Part shown: one piece after another, positions 1-8,639 of the stretch
Position numbering within the stretch: the stretch's first letter is position 1
Layout of the letters: the number at the start of each line of letters is the position of its first letter
NCBI GenBank assembly: GCA_965237805.1
Contig: OZ250153.1
Coordinates: 1,588,382 to 1,652,381 of the forward strand
Length of the DNA: 64,000 nt
From: Gammaproteobacteria bacterium
GTDB lineage: Bacteria; Pseudomonadota; Gammaproteobacteria; JABABF01
Reading direction: 5' to 3'
The notes under the pieces: generated by a model
Told to the model about the DNA's origin: nothing
Seen by the model: only the letters and a program-made list of their open reading frames with translations
Databases searched by the model: none
Program-made: the position numbers and the translations under genes

Positions 1-585
1 TGGGCCGCCGCGCTGGCCGGGGATGAGCGCAGCCGCGAGGCCTTGGCGGCTTTCCTCAGCCGCCCGGACAGCTTCGCTCTCGGTGTCTGCAACGGCTGCC
101 AGCTGCTCTGTGATCCGCTGTGGCGCGAGTGGATCCCAGGCAGCGAGGACTGGCCGCGCTTTGCCGTCAACAGCTCGCGGCGCTTCGAGTCGCGCTGGGT
201 GATGGTCGAGATTCCCCCCTCGCCCTCACTGTTGCTGGATGGCATGGCTGGCAGTCGGCTGCCGGTGCCAGTCGCTCACGCCGAGGGCCGCGCCGATTTC
301 AGTGCTGCCGCCGACGGCGCGCTGGCTCGGCTCAAACTCGCCTCAGCGGTGGCCTTGCGCTATGTCGATCACTGCGGGCAAATCGCCGAGCGCTATCCGG
401 CCAACCCGGCCGGTGCCCCCGCTGGCCTCGCTGGCCTGTGCTCCAGCGATGGCCGAGTGACGATTATGATGCCGCACCCAGAGCGCGCCTTCCGCACCGT
501 ACAGTATTCCTATGCGCCTGCGGATTGGGGCGAGAGCGCGCCTTGGCTGCGCTTGTTCCGCAACGCCCGCAGGCAGCTCGGCTAG
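1..585 (+). CDS. purL: FGAM synthase PurL, C-terminal glutamine-amidotransferase domain; 5'-partial (runs off the window start)
   Basis: Frame is open from nt 1 to the stop at 583-585 (ORF track 43..585). Nucleophile motif GVCNGCQLL and MMPHPER motif are typical of the large-PurL GATase domain. Confidence 0.85.
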   Translation, partial: WAAALAGDERSREALAAFLSRPDSFALGVCNGCQLLCDPLWREWIPGSEDWPRFAVNSSRRFESRWVMVEIPPSPSLLLDGMAGSRLPVPVAHAEGRADFSAAADGALARLKLASAVALRYVDHCGQIAERYPANPAGAPAGLAGLCSSDGRVTIMMPHPERAFRTVQYSYAPADWGESAPWLRLFRNARRQLG

Positions 586-610
586 AATTTGCCAGCGATC
601 GGAAATAGCG

Positions 611-2542
611 ATGCCAGTCAAACAGTCACCACAGCGCCTCAATTACTACGCTTGGTGGCAGAATGTCCTCATCCTGCTGGTGGTGAGCTTGGGCATTCTC
701 TATTCGATGCCGAATCTGTTCCGGCCTCAGGCGGCTATCCAAGTGCGCACTGAGAGCAGCCGTGGGCAGTTGGGGGCCACCGAGCTGGCCGGTGTCCAGC
801 GGGCGCTGAGTGCGGCTGACATCGCCTTCGGCATGGTTGAGTGGGATGACGGTGGCTTCCTGCTGCGGCTATCGCGTGACGAAGACCAGCTGCGCGCCCG
901 CGATCTGGCCGAGCAGGCGCTAGGTGCTGGCCATGTGGTGGCCCTGAACCGCGCCGACACCACCCCCGACTGGCTGTCCGCCATCGGTGGCAAGCCGATG
1001 AACTTGGGCTTGGATCTGAGCGGTGGCGTCCACTTCCTGTTGCAGGTGGACACCCGCGGTTATCTCAGCGGGCTGATGAAGAACCGCGCCGACGAGCTGC
1101 GCCGCGCCCTGCGCGAGCGCCGCCTGCGCGCCGTCGTCGATCTCTCTCCGCCAGCGGACAGCGGCGGCCACATCCTGTTGCGTGCTGGCGACCCCGAGCT
1201 CCTGCGCACCCTGCGTGAACTGCTGGTCGAGGACTTCGCCGATCTGCGCATCACCCGCGAAGAAGACGACAGCGGCTTCTCGCTGCTGCTGGACTTCGCC
1301 TCGGCGCAGCGTCAAGAGTTCATCACCTACGCCGTCGAGCAGAACCTCGGCATCCTGCGCAACCGCGTCAACGAACTCGGCGTAGCCGAGCCGCTGGTGC
1401 AGCGCCAAGGGCGCACGCGCGTCGTGGTCGAGCTGCCCGGTGTGCAGGATACCGCTCAGGCCAAGCGTGTGCTGGGAAAATTTGCCAACTTGGAGTTTCG
1501 CCTCGAGGCCTTGTCCACCACGCCGCCGCTGGAGCGCGAGTTCTTTCGCTTTCGCGATGCCGCTACCGGTGCCGAGGGCGCTTGGCTACTGCGCCGTACC
1601 ATCGTCAAGGGCGAGAGCGTGACCGGTGCATCGCCGGGCTACGATGAGAACAGCCAGCCAGCGGCGGTCATCTCGCTGGACAGCCCTGGCGGTGCGTCGA
1701 TGAATCAGGCCTCGCGCGACAATGTGGGGCGGCGTATGGGGGTGCTGTTTATCGAGCGGCGCACGCGCACCGCCGCCACCACGGAGCTGGCGGCAGCGCT
1801 GGTCGGCATCGGCGAGAAATACCAGAGCCGGGAGTTGATCAGCTTGGCTGTGATCCGCAGTGCGCTGGGCTCACGCTTCCAGATTACTGGTCTCGACTCA
1901 TCGGCAGAGGCATCCGAGTTGGCGCTGTTATTGCGCGCTGGTGCGCTGTCCGCGCCGCTGGAATTCATTGAGGAGCGCACGGTCGGCCCCTCGCTGGGAG
2001 CCGAGAATGTGTCGCTGGGTCTGCGTGCGGTACAAATGGGCCTGCTGATGGTGTTGCTGTTCATGGTTGCCTGGTACCGGCTCTTCGGCCTTGCCGCCGC
2101 CGTGGCACTGATCGCCAATTTGTCGCTGTTGGTAGCGCTGATGTCGCTGTTGTCGGCGACGCTGACATTGCCCGGCATCGCTGGCATCGTGCTGACAGTG
2201 GGCATGGCCGTGGACGCCAATGTGCTGATCTTCTCGCGCATCCGCGAGGAATTGCAGGACGGCCTGTCGCCGCAGCGCGCCATCCACGCTGGCTACTCGC
2301 GCGCCCTGACCACCATCCTAGATGCCAATCTGACCACATTGCTGGTGGCGTTGATCCTCTACATCGTCGGTACCGGGCCGGTGCGCGGCTTCGCCGTCAC
2401 GCTCTCGCTGGGCATCATCAGCTCGCTGTTCTGCTCCATCCTGCTGACCCGCGCCCTCGTCAACTGGGTCTATGGGGGACGCCGCCTCAAGCAGCTGCGG
2501 CTGGGTTGGTCGGGGCAGGACAGCAAGGTGCTGCCATCGTGA
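611..2542 (+). CDS. secD: Protein translocase subunit SecD
   Basis: ATG at 611 inside ORF 512..2542. N-terminal TM segment (WWQNVLILLVVSLGILY), large periplasmic domain, and a C-terminal 6-TM block with GIAGIVLTVGMAVDANVLIFSRIREE. Followed by secF with a GTGA overlap. Confidence 0.9.
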   Translation: MPVKQSPQRLNYYAWWQNVLILLVVSLGILYSMPNLFRPQAAIQVRTESSRGQLGATELAGVQRALSAADIAFGMVEWDDGGFLLRLSRDEDQLRARDLAEQALGAGHVVALNRADTTPDWLSAIGGKPMNLGLDLSGGVHFLLQVDTRGYLSGLMKNRADELRRALRERRLRAVVDLSPPADSGGHILLRAGDPELLRTLRELLVEDFADLRITREEDDSGFSLLLDFASAQRQEFITYAVEQNLGILRNRVNELGVAEPLVQRQGRTRVVVELPGVQDTAQAKRVLGKFANLEFRLEALSTTPPLEREFFRFRDAATGAEGAWLLRRTIVKGESVTGASPGYDENSQPAAVISLDSPGGASMNQASRDNVGRRMGVLFIERRTRTAATTELAAALVGIGEKYQSRELISLAVIRSALGSRFQITGLDSSAEASELALLLRAGALSAPLEFIEERTVGPSLGAENVSLGLRAVQMGLLMVLLFMVAWYRLFGLAAAVALIANLSLLVALMSLLSATLTLPGIAGIVLTVGMAVDANVLIFSRIREELQDGLSPQRAIHAGYSRALTTILDANLTTLLVALILYIVGTGPVRGFAVTLSLGIISSLFCSILLTRALVNWVYGGRRLKQLRLGWSGQDSKVLPS

Positions 2543-3459
2543 GCAACCGCCGCCGCCTTGTCGCGCTGGACTTCATGGCGCTGGTACCGGCGGCGGCGCT
2601 GTGCTCGGTGGCGCTGTTGCTGGCCTCGCTGGCCTCGCTGAGCCTGCAGGGCTTGGCGCTGGGCTTGGACTTCACCGGCGGCACCTTGGTCGAATACGGC
2701 TATTCGTCGGCGGTGGATTTGGACCCGCTACGCGAGCGCTTGTCCGCGGGCGGCTACGCGGGTGCCCGCACGGTACACTTCGGCTCCGAGCGCGAGTTGC
2801 TGGTGCGCCTGCCCGGCAACTCGGTGCACGATGACGGCAGCGAGCTGGTGGAGCTGTTGTCGGGAGCGGCTCCGGGCGGCACCCTGCGCCGCCTCGAGTT
2901 TGTCGGTCCGCAGGTTGGCTCCGAGTTGCGAGAGAGTGGTGGTTTGGCCTTATTGGCCGCTCTGGCGCTGGTGCTGATCTATGTTGCTTTACGCTTTCAG
3001 CTGAAGTTTGCCGTCGGCGCCGTCCTCGCCCTGTTCCACGATGTGCTGCTCACCCTTGGGCTGTTCTCGCTGTTGCGCTGGGACTTCGACCTCACTGTGC
3101 TGGCGGCGCTGTTGGCGGTGATCGGCTATTCCCTCAACGACAGCTTGGTGATCTCCGACCGCATCCGCGAGAATTTCCGCCGTCGGCGCCGCGCCAAGCC
3201 GCGCGAGGTCATCAACCTGTCGCTGACGCAGACGCTGGGGCGCACCTTGATCACCTCCCTGACCACGCTGTTGGTCTTGATGGCGCTGTTGCTGGCGGGC
3301 GGCGAGCTGATTCGCGGCTTCGCGCTGGCGCTCAGCATCGGTGTTGTGATCGGCACCTACTCGTCGATTTATGTGACCGCCTCGACGCTACTATGGTTGC
3401 GGCTCAGCTCCGTCGATTTGGCTCCGCCCGAAAGCGAGGGTGGCGATGGCGGCAGCTGA
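2539..3459 (+). CDS. secF: Protein translocase subunit SecF
   Basis: GTG at 2539 overlaps the secD stop (2540-2542); the ORF track extends to 2506. SecF motifs LDFTGGT and GYSLNDSLVISDRIRE, with multiple TM helices. Confidence 0.85.
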   Translation: MSNRRRLVALDFMALVPAAALCSVALLLASLASLSLQGLALGLDFTGGTLVEYGYSSAVDLDPLRERLSAGGYAGARTVHFGSERELLVRLPGNSVHDDGSELVELLSGAAPGGTLRRLEFVGPQVGSELRESGGLALLAALALVLIYVALRFQLKFAVGAVLALFHDVLLTLGLFSLLRWDFDLTVLAALLAVIGYSLNDSLVISDRIRENFRRRRRAKPREVINLSLTQTLGRTLITSLTTLLVLMALLLAGGELIRGFALALSIGVVIGTYSSIYVTASTLLWLRLSSVDLAPPESEGGDGGS

Positions 3460-3480
3460 GCGCGGCGCTGCCGCCTCGGT

Positions 3481-6400
3481 CTAGTTCGCCAAGAATTGGC
3501 TGATCGCCGCTGCTACCGCCGCCGTATCGCGTCCGGCCAGTGATGCGCCGGAGCCGCCGAGCAGCTCCGGCGGCGCGCCGCTCAGCTGAGCCAACACCAA
3601 CAGCAGATCGTCGCGGTCTTGGTTGCCGTCGCCGTTGACATCCAGTGCGCTGTCGGCGAGCAGGGAGCGGCTCAGCGCCAGCACGGTGGCGGGGTTGGCG
3701 CTGTCTGGCAGCGCGATGTTGTATACCATATCTACCGCCTCAAAGCCGCTCAGCATACGCAGTGCGATGACAAAGTCATCGGCGTCCCAAGCATCGTTCA
3801 TATTGGGGGTCAGCGGTGCGGCCTGCACCTGTTGCAATAGCCGATGCGCGTTGAGCCGCCGCCCGCTGGCCACATACTGCTGTGCGATGGGTGCGCCGAC
3901 GCCGATCTCGTAGAGTCGCAGGGCGGGCGTTTGGGCCTCGTTGTCGAAATTTCCCGGCAGGCTGAGGCTGAACACCAAGCGCAGGCCAGCGCTCAGCTGG
4001 CCGCTGGGGATGGCGCCAGTCAGCTGGCGTGATATCGCGGTGGTCGTGCTGATCGTCGTTGTGCTGAGCACGGTTTCATTGCCGCCGCTATCCAAGAGCG
4101 AAATGACCAGCCCATCGGCGATGGGAGCCGCTAATGGCCAGCCTGAGAACACGACGGTTACGCCAAACTGCGCCGCGCTGAGCCCGGACAGATCGAAGGG
4201 GGTGGAGACCAGTCGCAGGGTGCTGCTGCTGTGGTTGCCGCCAGCGGGGGCCAGCTGCCAGAAATAGTGCTTGCGTCCTCCCGCTGGCGGCAAGTCGCTG
4301 GCGCTGGCGATGTGCCAGCCAATCGCATCACTGCCCAGATCGCTCAGTGCGGCATCCCACGCCCCCGCATCGCTGCGCATATTGTCGTAGAAAGCATCGC
4401 CCACTTGCGGCAGGTAGTAGTCGCTACTGCCCGTGACCGTCGCCGCCAAGCTGGCGACACCATCGGCGCTCTGTAGCAAGCGGTGGCGCAGCTCGGCCGC
4501 CGCCATCGTCGGGCGCAGGCTCAGTGCTAGTGCGGCGGCACCAGCCACTTGCGGGGCGGCCATTGAGGTGCCGGTCCTGAGCTCGATAGCCACGGCGCTG
4601 GTAGCAGCGGTGGCCGCACCAAATTTGATAAATTGGATAAAGATATCGTCGGCACTATCTGTGTGACCGAAGATTCCCAGCTGCGCCCCCGTGGTGAAAA
4701 ATGTCGAGGGGACGGTCAAATACAAATTTATAAAGTTGCCTTTCTCCCACCAATTGAACACATCGTCCATCAGAATGATAGAAGCGTCTCCAAAATCGGC
4801 GGCTATGGAGTTGGCACCGGAGCGGGTCAGGCCGGAGTTGCTGTCCCCATCAGTGTCTGCGCTGAGCACGATAGTGAGCTCGTCATCGCTGTTGAACTCG
4901 AGGCGTCGCATAAAGAAGTGCAGTGCCACATGCTCTTCACCGACAAATTGGCTGAGATCAAAAGTCGGGCTGTGCAGATAGAAAGTGCCGGTGCTGGTCT
5001 TGCTGAGATTTCTGCCGTCGAAGGTGGTGATTGCATCGAAACCCTGATGTTCCCAGCCATTCAGCGAGCTGATGCTGCCGATATCCGCCGCGGCACTCAG
5101 CGCTGGATTTTGCCGTTCCAAACTGAGGATCAAGCTGCCGGGCGCGGCGATTGGCACGGCGCTGCTGCCGAAACTGCTGCTGCCGGCGAGCTGGTCTCTG
5201 AAGTTGCTGTTAGCGACCGCCAGCACATTGCGCAGTGGCTCCACCAGCGGGTAATTGCTGCCGTCGCCGTAGCTGGCGAGATAAGCCGCATCGCCCAACA
5301 GGCTGACATTGCTAGCGCTGTTGCCGGCGGAGGTGACGAATAGCACACCGCGCTGCTCCAGCGCAGCGATGGCATCGTACAGCGCCTGGCTGTAGCTGCC
5401 GCCGCCCCAGCTATTGTTGATCACGCGCAACGGGACCCCGCTGTCGACCATTGCCGCCGCATAGTTCAGGCAGGCTATCGCATCGCTGGTGAAGCCTCTG
5501 TTGACGGTGATGAAGCGCAGTATCATCAGGCTGAGCCGATGGTTGACGCCGACCACGCTCTTTTGATTGTCGCCGATGGCACCGGCGATGCCCGCCACAT
5601 GGCTGCCGTGGCCGTCATCGTCCCACGGCGTGCCGCTGGCGGCGGCGCTGCGGCGAGCGTTGGTGCCAACGCAGTCCGCGCCGTGCACATCGTCCACATA
5701 GCCGTTGCCGTCGTTGTCCACCCCGTCGTAGCTATTGTCCAACGGGTTGACCCACAGATTGGCGCGCAGCTCCTCGTGATCCAGCTGCGCGCCGCTGTCG
5801 AGTACGGCCATCACCACCGAGCTGCTACCGGTGCTGATAGCCCAAGCCTCCACGCTATCTATATCGGCAGCTGCGACGGTTAGACCAGCGATTGCGGCAC
5901 CGATGGAGCTGCTGCCGTCAGAGTTTTGGGTGACTATGATTGGGATCGATTGACCGGTGTTGTTGTGTCCCCAGAGGTAGCGGAAGTGGGCATCGTCAGG
6001 ACTTGCATGGTGCTGGACGATATAGTCCGGCTCGGCGTACTCCACCAGCCCGGCACGCTCCAGCACACGCGCCATCTCCGCTGCGTTGTGCCCCGCTGGC
6101 AGTCGCAGCACCGTCAGTTCGGTCGCCCCGTGCAGCTGGTTCAAAATGCCGATGCCGAAGCGCTGGTACAGCTCCTCAGCCCGCGCCTGCGCCCCGCTCG
6201 CGCCACCGGCAAAGCGCGCCAGCAACACGCCGGGGCGGTGTGCGGCTTGGTCGTTGATGGCGTGCTGCCGCGTGGCGGTCATACGCATCGGGATGGCCTC
6301 CCCACGTGGTGTCGGTGTCACCACTGCCGCCGCCCGCCCGCTCGCCGCCGCGGCTGGCCGCGGCTGGCCGGTGTCGTGGCTGGTGCTTTGAGCTTGGGGC

Positions 6401-6495
6401 TCGGGGGCGGGCAACGGCGCTCGCCATGCCACCACCGCAGCGATGACGAGGCCGACCAGCACGAACAGTGCCGCCAGTCGCCACTGCCCGCTCAT
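3481..6495 (-). CDS. Secreted subtilisin-like serine protease (peptidase S8) with propeptide, long C-terminal extension and a dockerin/EF-hand-like C-terminal module
   Basis: 1004-aa ORF. Subtilase triad motifs VLDSGAQLDH (Asp), HGSHVAGIAGA (His) and GTSMAAPQVAGAAAL (Ser). N-terminal hydrophobic anchor/signal (LAALFVLVGLVIAAVVA). C-terminal DVNGDGNQDRDDLLLVLAQL at nt 3583-3642, preceded by a weaker first segment NDAWDADDFVIALRML. Confidence 0.9.
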   Translation of the reverse strand: MSGQWRLAALFVLVGLVIAAVVAWRAPLPAPEPQAQSTSHDTGQPRPAAAASGRAAAVVTPTPRGEAIPMRMTATRQHAINDQAAHRPGVLLARFAGGASGAQARAEELYQRFGIGILNQLHGATELTVLRLPAGHNAAEMARVLERAGLVEYAEPDYIVQHHASPDDAHFRYLWGHNNTGQSIPIIVTQNSDGSSSIGAAIAGLTVAAADIDSVEAWAISTGSSSVVMAVLDSGAQLDHEELRANLWVNPLDNSYDGVDNDGNGYVDDVHGADCVGTNARRSAAASGTPWDDDGHGSHVAGIAGAIGDNQKSVVGVNHRLSLMILRFITVNRGFTSDAIACLNYAAAMVDSGVPLRVINNSWGGGSYSQALYDAIAALEQRGVLFVTSAGNSASNVSLLGDAAYLASYGDGSNYPLVEPLRNVLAVANSNFRDQLAGSSSFGSSAVPIAAPGSLILSLERQNPALSAAADIGSISSLNGWEHQGFDAITTFDGRNLSKTSTGTFYLHSPTFDLSQFVGEEHVALHFFMRRLEFNSDDELTIVLSADTDGDSNSGLTRSGANSIAADFGDASIILMDDVFNWWEKGNFINLYLTVPSTFFTTGAQLGIFGHTDSADDIFIQFIKFGAATAATSAVAIELRTGTSMAAPQVAGAAALALSLRPTMAAAELRHRLLQSADGVASLAATVTGSSDYYLPQVGDAFYDNMRSDAGAWDAALSDLGSDAIGWHIASASDLPPAGGRKHYFWQLAPAGGNHSSSTLRLVSTPFDLSGLSAAQFGVTVVFSGWPLAAPIADGLVISLLDSGGNETVLSTTTISTTTAISRQLTGAIPSGQLSAGLRLVFSLSLPGNFDNEAQTPALRLYEIGVGAPIAQQYVASGRRLNAHRLLQQVQAAPLTPNMNDAWDADDFVIALRMLSGFEAVDMVYNIALPDSANPATVLALSRSLLADSALDVNGDGNQDRDDLLLVLAQLSGAPPELLGGSGASLAGRDTAAVAAAISQFLAN

Positions 6496-7328
6496 GTCGT
6501 CGTCGAGGCTCGCTGCGAGTCGGGTCGATCGGTGCCGTAGACGGATTGCAGTAGCGGCAGCAGCTGGCTGTAGCAGGCCGGTGCGCCGCAGACGATCGCA
6601 TCGATCCCCAGCGGCTCATCGCTTCCCCACTGCCCGCGGATCAGTCCGCCAGCCTCCTGCACCAGCAAGGCACCGGCGGCCATATCCCAAGTTTTGAGCC
6701 CTACATCCCACATCGCGTCCAGCCGTCCGGCCGCCACATAGGCCAAGTCCAGTGCCGCCGAGCCACTGCGCCTCAGGGTCGCGCCGCGCTCGCCAGCGCG
6801 CAGCATGCAGCGTGCAGTTTCCTCGCTGTGATCGGCGCTGCGCTCACTGTCCAGCGAGCAGCTGCTGATCAGCGACGCGGCCAAGCCCTGCTGTTCGCTG
6901 ACCCGGATGCGGCGACCATCGAGCATTGCGCCGCCGCCGCGGCTAGCGCTGAATTCTTCATCCCGCATCACATCGAGTACGACCGCATGCTCTGTCTGGC
7001 CGTGGTGTAAACAGGCGATGGAGACGGCAAAATGGGGTAGCCCGTGCACAAAGTTGCCAGTGCCGTCCAGCGGGTCGATGACCCACTGCCAGGCAGTATC
7101 CTTGGGCAAAGAGCCGCGCTCCTCGCTGAGGATACTGTGTTGTGGGTAGCTCTCTTGCAGCTGCTCGATGATCTGATGCTCGGCCTCTATATCCACTGAG
7201 GTGACATAGTCGGCGGGGGATTTCTCGTAGACCGCCACCCGATCCAAATTGCGGAAAGAGCGCATGATCATGCGGGCGGCGTTGCGGGCGATGCGGCGTG
7301 CTATGACGAGTGTCGGTGCTACAGCCAT
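6492..7328 (-). CDS. suhB: Inositol monophosphatase family protein (SuhB)
   Basis: Motifs WVIDPLDGTGNFVHG and AAGALLVQEAGG. ATG at 7328 gives 278 aa; the upstream extension of ORF 6492..7703 looks non-coding. Divergent to trmJ as in E. coli. The stop overlaps the S8 protease start (ATGA at 6492-6495). Confidence 0.85.
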   Translation of the reverse strand: MAVAPTLVIARRIARNAARMIMRSFRNLDRVAVYEKSPADYVTSVDIEAEHQIIEQLQESYPQHSILSEERGSLPKDTAWQWVIDPLDGTGNFVHGLPHFAVSIACLHHGQTEHAVVLDVMRDEEFSASRGGGAMLDGRRIRVSEQQGLAASLISSCSLDSERSADHSEETARCMLRAGERGATLRRSGSAALDLAYVAAGRLDAMWDVGLKTWDMAAGALLVQEAGGLIRGQWGSDEPLGIDAIVCGAPACYSQLLPLLQSVYGTDRPDSQRASTTT

Positions 7329-7528
7329 CGCATATTCATCTGTTGTGCGCCAGTGGACATCTGCTGATCCCACTGCCTTTGCGCACCTGACCACCTGGTC
7401 GGTAGACGCGGGCGAAGAGGGCGGTAGTTTGGTGCTTCCCGCAAGCCGCTCCGCATTGTTGCTCGCCCCTTTCAGCGTGGCTAATGATAGCATTTTCAGC
7501 TGTGCAACCAAATATGGAGCCCAGAGCC

Positions 7529-8293
7529 ATGTCGATGTCGCCCCTCTCGCACTTGCGTGTTGTGCTGATCGAGCCCTCCCACCCGGGCAATATCGGCGCA
7601 GCAGCCCGCGCACTGGCCAATATGGGCCTTGAGCATTTGGTGTTGGTCGCGCCGCGCTGCGCCGTCGACGACGAGGCGCGCGCACGTGCGGCGGGTGGCG
7701 CATCCTTGCTGGAGCGGGCGCGCTTGGTCCCCAGCCTAGATGAGGCGCTGAGCGGTTGCCGGCTGTTGATCGGTGTCAGCGCACGGCAGCGCAGTCTGGC
7801 GTGGCCACGGTGGTCGCCGCGCGAAGCCGCTGGCCATGCCATCGCCGCGGCCACTGGCGCTGAGGTAGCGCTGCTGTTCGGGCGCGAGGACTGCGGCCTG
7901 AACAACGCGGAATTGCAGCGCTGCCACGCTCAACTCCAGATTCCCAGCGATCCCGACTGCCCCTCGTTGAATTTGGCGATGGCGGTGTTGTTGGTCAGCT
8001 ACGAGTTGCGGCTGGCGGTGCTGGCTGCCACCGGGTCGCCGCCGCCCGCCCCACTGCTGGAAGATGCGGCTACCGCCGAGCAGATTGCTGGCTTCCACCG
8101 CCACTTGGAGCAGACTTTGGTGCAGCTCGGCTGCTTGAATCCCGCTGCGCCGCGCCAGCTGCTGGCTCGCATCAAACGGCTCTTCGCCCGCACTGGGCTG
8201 GACTGCACAGAAGTCGGCATCCTCCGCGGCCTGCTGAGCGCCGTGCAACGCAGCGCTGGCGGCGGTTCCTCGCCAGAGCGGCTGGGGCGATAG
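7529..8293 (+). CDS. trmJ: tRNA (cytidine/uridine-2'-O)-methyltransferase TrmJ (SpoU/TrmH family)
   Basis: N-terminus LRVVLIEPSHPGNIGAAARALANMG is typical of TrmJ. ATG at 7529 lies within ORF 7484..8293. Conserved divergent pairing with suhB. Confidence 0.8.
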   Translation: MSMSPLSHLRVVLIEPSHPGNIGAAARALANMGLEHLVLVAPRCAVDDEARARAAGGASLLERARLVPSLDEALSGCRLLIGVSARQRSLAWPRWSPREAAGHAIAAATGAEVALLFGREDCGLNNAELQRCHAQLQIPSDPDCPSLNLAMAVLLVSYELRLAVLAATGSPPPAPLLEDAATAEQIAGFHRHLEQTLVQLGCLNPAAPRQLLARIKRLFARTGLDCTEVGILRGLLSAVQRSAGGGSSPERLGR

Positions 8294-8639
8294 GCCACAG
8301 CTGATTTGGGGTGCCTGTGCGCACTGCCTCGCCGCCCCAGCGCTTGCCCCATAAATGGCCATCTGTTAGACTAGAGCAATGTATGCTTACGATGCGTAGT
8401 GTGGCCACGAGCGATGTTTCTCGCGTGCTCCGCTCTCTGCAACAGCCGAGTTGATCGCGATGCGAACGGCAGCTGCTTTGTCTTTTGTTGTGGCGCTCAG
8501 GTGGCGAGTGGGTCGCTGTGGCATAAATCAACAATTATTTGCGCATTGCATACATGACAGCTAGCAGGTTACGAGGCTCCCCTTTGGCTTTTGCAGCTGG
8601 GCGGGAGCCACGGCACAGATTGGTTTTGGAGAATGGACC

